Translations under genes and position numbers: made by a program
In this document: piece after piece, positions 59,726 through 64,000 of the stretch
Layout of the letters: each line of letters begins with the position of its first letter
Numbering within the stretch: the first letter of the stretch is position 1
The notes under the pieces: model-generated
Seen by the model: the letters and a program-made list of their open reading frames with translations, nothing else
The model's database searches: none
What the model was told of the DNA's origin: nothing
Source of the DNA: a bacterium
Lineage (GTDB): Bacteria; SAR324; NAC60-12
Assembly: GCA_965209155.1 (NCBI GenBank)
Contig: OZ242383.1
Span: 3,776,001 to 3,840,000, forward strand
Length of the DNA stretch: 64,000 nucleotides
Direction: 5' to 3'

Positions 59726-62700
59726 ATGACGCAACAATTCACTCACCTGCATCTTCACACCCAATATTCCTTGATGCAGGGAGCAATTCTTATCAAATCG
59801 CTTGTAAATGCGCTTCAGGAGTTGGGATATGAAGCGTGCGCAATTACGGACCATGGCAACATGTTTGGTGCGATCGAGTTCTATCATGCGCTGAAAAGCC
59901 AGAATCTCACACCCATTATTGGAACGGGAATTTACGTTGCCGATGGGTCGAGACACAAGCGCGACTATGAAAAGAGAGGCCCCAACGCCCACCAGACGAT
60001 TTTATTGTGTCAGGACCGTAAAGGCTATCATAACCTGAATTATCTATCGAGTTTAGCTTACACGGAAGGAAAGTTTTATGGCGTACCAAGGGTGGACCAC
60101 GAACTTTTAGAACAAAACAATGAAGGATTGATCGCCCTCAGCGCCGGTCTCGATGGAGATCTTGCGCAGCATTTACGCAAGGGGCGTTTGGATGAGGCGC
60201 GATCCCTCGCGTCGTGGTACCGCGATGTTTTTGCAGGACGATATTATTTTGAATTGCAGGTCACGGACCATATTGAACAAAATGAACTGAATTCCCAATT
60301 GATGGCGCTCTCAGGGGAATTGGACATTCCATTGGTTGCTACGAACGACTGCCATTACCTCAAAGAAAAGGATGTGTACGCCCACTATATTCTGGAATTG
60401 ATGGGATTGCAAAAACGAGTCTCGGATTTGGATAAACCATCCATGAAATCCAATCAACTCTATTTAAAAAGTCCAGAAGAAATGCAGACTGCTTTTTCTT
60501 CCTATCCCCAGGAAGTGTTGACCAATAGCGTATTGATTGCAGAACAATGCAAGCTGTCCCTGGAAAACAATTCGTATTATTTCCCAAAATTTGAAATTCC
60601 GACGGACGATACCCTGGATTCTTATTTGATCCGTCAAGCCCGTCAAGGACTGCAAAAACGTTTGGAAAATCTATACGAACTGTACAATCCTGCTGATTCT
60701 TTTGAAGCATTCCGCAGTCCTTATGATGAACGGTTGGAATTTGAATTGAATGTGATCATCCAAATGGAGTTTCCCGGGTATTTCCTCATAGTCGCAGACT
60801 TTGTCAATTGGGCAAAAGACCATGAAATTCTGGTTGGACCGGGAAGGGGATCGGGAGCCGCATCGTTGGTGGCGTATGCATTGAGGATTACGGATGTCGA
60901 TCCTTTGCGATACGGATTACTCTTCGAACGATTTCTCAATCCGGATCGTATCAGCTTGCCTGACTTTGATATCGATTTTGAGGTAAACGGACGGGAAGCG
61001 GTAATCAATTACGTACGGAATAAATATGGTGAAAACAATGTCTGCCAGATCGCTACTTTTCAATCTTTGGGAGCCAAAGCAGCCATCCGGAATGTGGCCA
61101 GAGTCCTGGATTTTCCTTATGTGGAAGCAGATAAAATTGCCAGGTTGATTCCCAATAAACCAGGAATCGATTTAAATGAATCGTTGCAGCAAGAACCGGA
61201 TCTGGCCCGTATTGAACGGGAGGGGACTGAAAATGAGCAAAAATTAATCGGACTGGCAAAAAGTCTGGAAGGGTTGAATACTCATTTAGGGACTCATGCG
61301 GCCGGAGTTATTATTATGGATTGTGACATTCGAGAAGTGATGCCCGTTTGTACCGGAAAGGAGGAGTCCCTGCAGTCCATGTATACCATGAAATATGCTG
61401 AAGATCAGGGAGCTGTCAAATTCGATTTTCTCGGACTGTTGACCTTGTCGATCATCGAAGCGGCAATCAAGCTTATCCACAGGCAAGATCCTCAGAGCAA
61501 TGGAAGGGTCCCTTTTAAAATCGAAATGATTCCAATGGATGATCCACTGACTTTCGAACTGCTTTGTCATGGAAATACAACGGGGGTTTTTCAACTGGAA
61601 TCGTCTGGTATGAGAAAGCTCGTTCATGACATGCAACCCAGCACGTTTGGAGACATTGTGGCTATCCTTGCGCTATTTCGTCCGGGACCTCTTGGTTCCG
61701 GCATGGTGGATGATTTCATTCAATGTAAACATGGACGTAAACAAATAGTCTACCCTCATAAATTGATGATTCCCATTTTAGAGGAAACTTATGGGGTGAT
61801 GGTATACCAGGAACAAATCATACAGGCGGTGCAGGTGCTGGCGGGATTTACTCTGGGACAAGCAGATTTGTTGAGAAGGGCCATTGGTAAAAAAATTGCG
61901 GAGGTCCTGGCAGAACAACGCCAGAATTTTGTACAAGGCTGTCTCAACAATAGAGAATATGTTTCGGGATGTGGATCGGAATCTCCGGAACAAAAAGCCA
62001 ACGAAATCTTTGATCTGATTGACTATTTTTCTGGATATGGATTCAACAAATCGCACACGGTTGCTTATGGTTTGATCAGTTATCAGACCGCTTACCTCAA
62101 GGCGCATTATCCGGTGCAATTCATGGCGGCTTTGCTCAATTGTAGTATGAATCAACCGGAAAAGGTGGTCAACTTCATCAGTGAATGTAAGGAAATGGGA
62201 ATTGAAGTGTTGCCTCCCGACGTCAATCAAAGTGTTAACGAATTTACGGTTTCCTTCCTCCACTTTGAACTGACGACCAAGAGTCAATCAATGCTCGAGA
62301 GGTTGGAAATCCCGGTTTCAATATTGGATGTTTTAGGATCTCTGGAAAACAAAGTCTTCCAAACTAAAAATGAATTGTTGGCAGCATTGAAAAAGCTCGA
62401 GGATGAGCATGCAGGTGAAAGCGAGCGGATACTTTCATTTCAGCAAGAAATCGTCCGTGCCATGCGTGTCGAGGCCGTACGATTCGGACTCAGTGCCGTA
62501 AAAAACGTCGGAGGCAATGCGGTGGATGCGATATTGGAAGCACGCACGCAAAAAAAAGAAAATCGATTCACGAATTTTATGGAATTCATGAAAACGGTAG
62601 ACCTGACAAAAGTCAGTTCCAGGGTTTTGGAATCTTTTATAAAATGTGGCGCATTTGATTCTCTCAATTCCAATCGTGCCCAGTTGCTACAAGTGCTGGA

Positions 62701-63499
62701 TGAAGCCATACACCTGGGACAGGAATTTCAAAAAGCTGACGATCCCATGCAAAATTCTCTGTTCGACTTGCTCAGTGAGGAAGAGTCGAAAAATACGGAA
62801 ACTCAATTGAATTTTCCAGACATGAAAGACTGGACCATAAAGCAAAAACTTGCCTGTGAAAAAGAAGCGCTTGGATTTTATGTTTCAGGACATCCTCTGG
62901 ATCACTACGAATCTGAAATAAAAAATTTAGCCACCACCACTCACGACCTCGAGGAAAATCGATTCAAAGATGGTGATACGGTTGCTTTGGCAGGAGTCAT
63001 TATTGCCAACACAGTCCGTCTTTCAAAAAGGAATGAGCGATTTGCTATTATTAACCTGGAAGACCAGCGTGGGTCCATCGAAATTCCGGTATATGCCAAG
63101 TTGTACGAGGAAGTTCGGGATTTACTGGATAAGGAGGAGCCCGTGTTGGTTCAAGGGCGTGTCAACTACCGGGATGATGACGGGGGACGACAGGGATTCA
63201 GCTTGATTGCCGAAAAAATCCAATGGCTCAGTCAAATACGCCAGGAGACCTGCAAAGGAGTTGTGATAGTGATTCGACAAAGCGATGACATTCCAGAATT
63301 TTTTGTATCTCATCAACTTCAATTATTGCTGGAAATGCTCTCGACGTTTCCAGGCAAGTCCCAAATATATTTTCATTTATATGTCGCTGATGGAAGTGAG
63401 ATTAAAATTCAATTACAGGAAAGCGTTGCCTTGGTACCAAAGTTGGTGGATTATTTAATTGATCTTTTTGGTGTGAAGAGGTTGGCCTTTGTTTATTAA
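59726..63499 (+). CDS. dnaE: DNA polymerase III alpha subunit
   Basis: PHP 'HLHLHT.YS', 'GPGRGSGA', 'PDFDIDF', 'YGFNKSH'. Confidence 0.97.
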   Translation: MTQQFTHLHLHTQYSLMQGAILIKSLVNALQELGYEACAITDHGNMFGAIEFYHALKSQNLTPIIGTGIYVADGSRHKRDYEKRGPNAHQTILLCQDRKGYHNLNYLSSLAYTEGKFYGVPRVDHELLEQNNEGLIALSAGLDGDLAQHLRKGRLDEARSLASWYRDVFAGRYYFELQVTDHIEQNELNSQLMALSGELDIPLVATNDCHYLKEKDVYAHYILELMGLQKRVSDLDKPSMKSNQLYLKSPEEMQTAFSSYPQEVLTNSVLIAEQCKLSLENNSYYFPKFEIPTDDTLDSYLIRQARQGLQKRLENLYELYNPADSFEAFRSPYDERLEFELNVIIQMEFPGYFLIVADFVNWAKDHEILVGPGRGSGAASLVAYALRITDVDPLRYGLLFERFLNPDRISLPDFDIDFEVNGREAVINYVRNKYGENNVCQIATFQSLGAKAAIRNVARVLDFPYVEADKIARLIPNKPGIDLNESLQQEPDLARIEREGTENEQKLIGLAKSLEGLNTHLGTHAAGVIIMDCDIREVMPVCTGKEESLQSMYTMKYAEDQGAVKFDFLGLLTLSIIEAAIKLIHRQDPQSNGRVPFKIEMIPMDDPLTFELLCHGNTTGVFQLESSGMRKLVHDMQPSTFGDIVAILALFRPGPLGSGMVDDFIQCKHGRKQIVYPHKLMIPILEETYGVMVYQEQIIQAVQVLAGFTLGQADLLRRAIGKKIAEVLAEQRQNFVQGCLNNREYVSGCGSESPEQKANEIFDLIDYFSGYGFNKSHTVAYGLISYQTAYLKAHYPVQFMAALLNCSMNQPEKVVNFISECKEMGIEVLPPDVNQSVNEFTVSFLHFELTTKSQSMLERLEIPVSILDVLGSLENKVFQTKNELLAALKKLEDEHAGESERILSFQQEIVRAMRVEAVRFGLSAVKNVGGNAVDAILEARTQKKENRFTNFMEFMKTVDLTKVSSRVLESFIKCGAFDSLNSNRAQLLQVLDEAIHLGQEFQKADDPMQNSLFDLLSEEESKNTETQLNFPDMKDWTIKQKLACEKEALGFYVSGHPLDHYESEIKNLATTTHDLEENRFKDGDTVALAGVIIANTVRLSKRNERFAIINLEDQRGSIEIPVYAKLYEEVRDLLDKEEPVLVQGRVNYRDDDGGRQGFSLIAEKIQWLSQIRQETCKGVVIVIRQSDDIPEFFVSHQLQLLLEMLSTFPGKSQIYFHLYVADGSEIKIQLQESVALVPKLVDYLIDLFGVKRLAFVY

Positions 63500-63596
63500 T
63501 CCTTTGTGATGTTTTCTAATTTAAAGAAACATAATATGCCAGAAAATATTTTATTTTCATTCCAAGTCCTTCCATGAAGAATTAAACCACTTCATT

Positions 63597-63648
63597 CTTG
63601 TCCCTGCTAAACTTGTCCCTGCGAAAGCAGGGAACAGGGAGCAGGGAT
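63597..63648. repeat. Nested REP-like palindrome between convergent genes
   Basis: CTTGTCCCTGCT[AAACTTGTCCCTGCGAAAGCAGGGAACAGGG]AGCAGGGA. Confidence 0.65.
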
Positions 63649-63653
63649 TGGAG

Positions 63654-64000
63654 TTATGCATCAATCTGTCTGCCAATCAACCGACTATACAATTTCCCCT
63701 TAGCAACCAGTAAATGATGGGGGCCTGTTTCAACCACTTGCCCCTGATCGAGGACCACAATAGTATGAGCATTGCGAATTGTGGAGAGACGATGCGCAAT
63801 AATGACAGTAGTACGGTCATGCATGAGTTCTTCAAGTGCAAGGTGAATTGATTTTTCATTGATAGCATCCAAATGCGATGTCGCTTCGTCAAGAATGAGC
63901 ACAGGCGCATCTTTGAGGAATGCCCTTGCAATAGCGATACGCTGACGTTGACCTCCCGAGAGTCGAACTCCTCTTTCTCCCACCCGTGTTTCGAGACCTT
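63654..64000 (-). CDS. C-terminal part of an ABC exporter ATP-binding protein (MsbA/CydC-like), runs off the window
   Basis: '[14 protein letters not shown]', 'LDEATS', 'IAHRLST'. Confidence 0.9.
   Translation of the reverse strand, partial: GLETRVGERGVRLSGGQRQRIAIARAFLKDAPVLILDEATSHLDAINEKSIHLALEELMHDRTTVIIAHRLSTIRNAHTIVVLDQGQVVETGPHHLLVAKGKLYSRLIGRQIDA

Noticed and set aside
62252..62470. Intein in dnaE
   Set aside because: No C-terminal His-Asn followed by Cys/Ser/Thr and too short
1..64000. CRISPR array, tRNA genes or integron attC array
   Set aside because: No regularly spaced direct repeats with spacers, no cloverleaf recognised, no integrase or convincing attC sites

Overview
Bacterial chromosomal window from a Gram-negative organism (LpxL-type acyltransferase, Lol-like ABC system; overall style suggests a deltaproteobacteria-like lineage, which is only an impression). 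1-20.9 kb is a tandem array of GC-richer Dpp/Opp-type ABC modules (substrate-binding protein, DppB and DppC permeases, no ATPase gene). Each module ends at a different convergent toxin-antitoxin locus (RES-Xre, PIN pair, Phd-VapC, decayed YefM-YoeB), and two modules carry a REP-flanked RAYT transposase. The rest is mostly housekeeping (lpxL, a solitary rplC, recN, aroC, A1-type cytochrome c oxidase cluster, trkH, Lol-like ABC operon, ogt, F420 genes, dnaE), plus a small defence-like island (methyltransferase relic, PHP-ATPase, Schlafen/AlbA_2 protein) and a fourth binding-protein gene split by an IS200-like element. The most striking feature is a ~559-bp element present three times (3521-4079, 28079-28637, 48211-48763). 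It has IS200/IS605-style terminal hairpins, always follows TTAAT with no target duplication, and carries no transposase. Instead it holds a four-helix-bundle (23S-IVP/Avd-like) gene enclosed by long hexamer-periodic inverted repeats. Removing copy 2 in silico restores an interrupted 56-aa lipoprotein gene. All family assignments are from motif recognition by eye; no searches were run.
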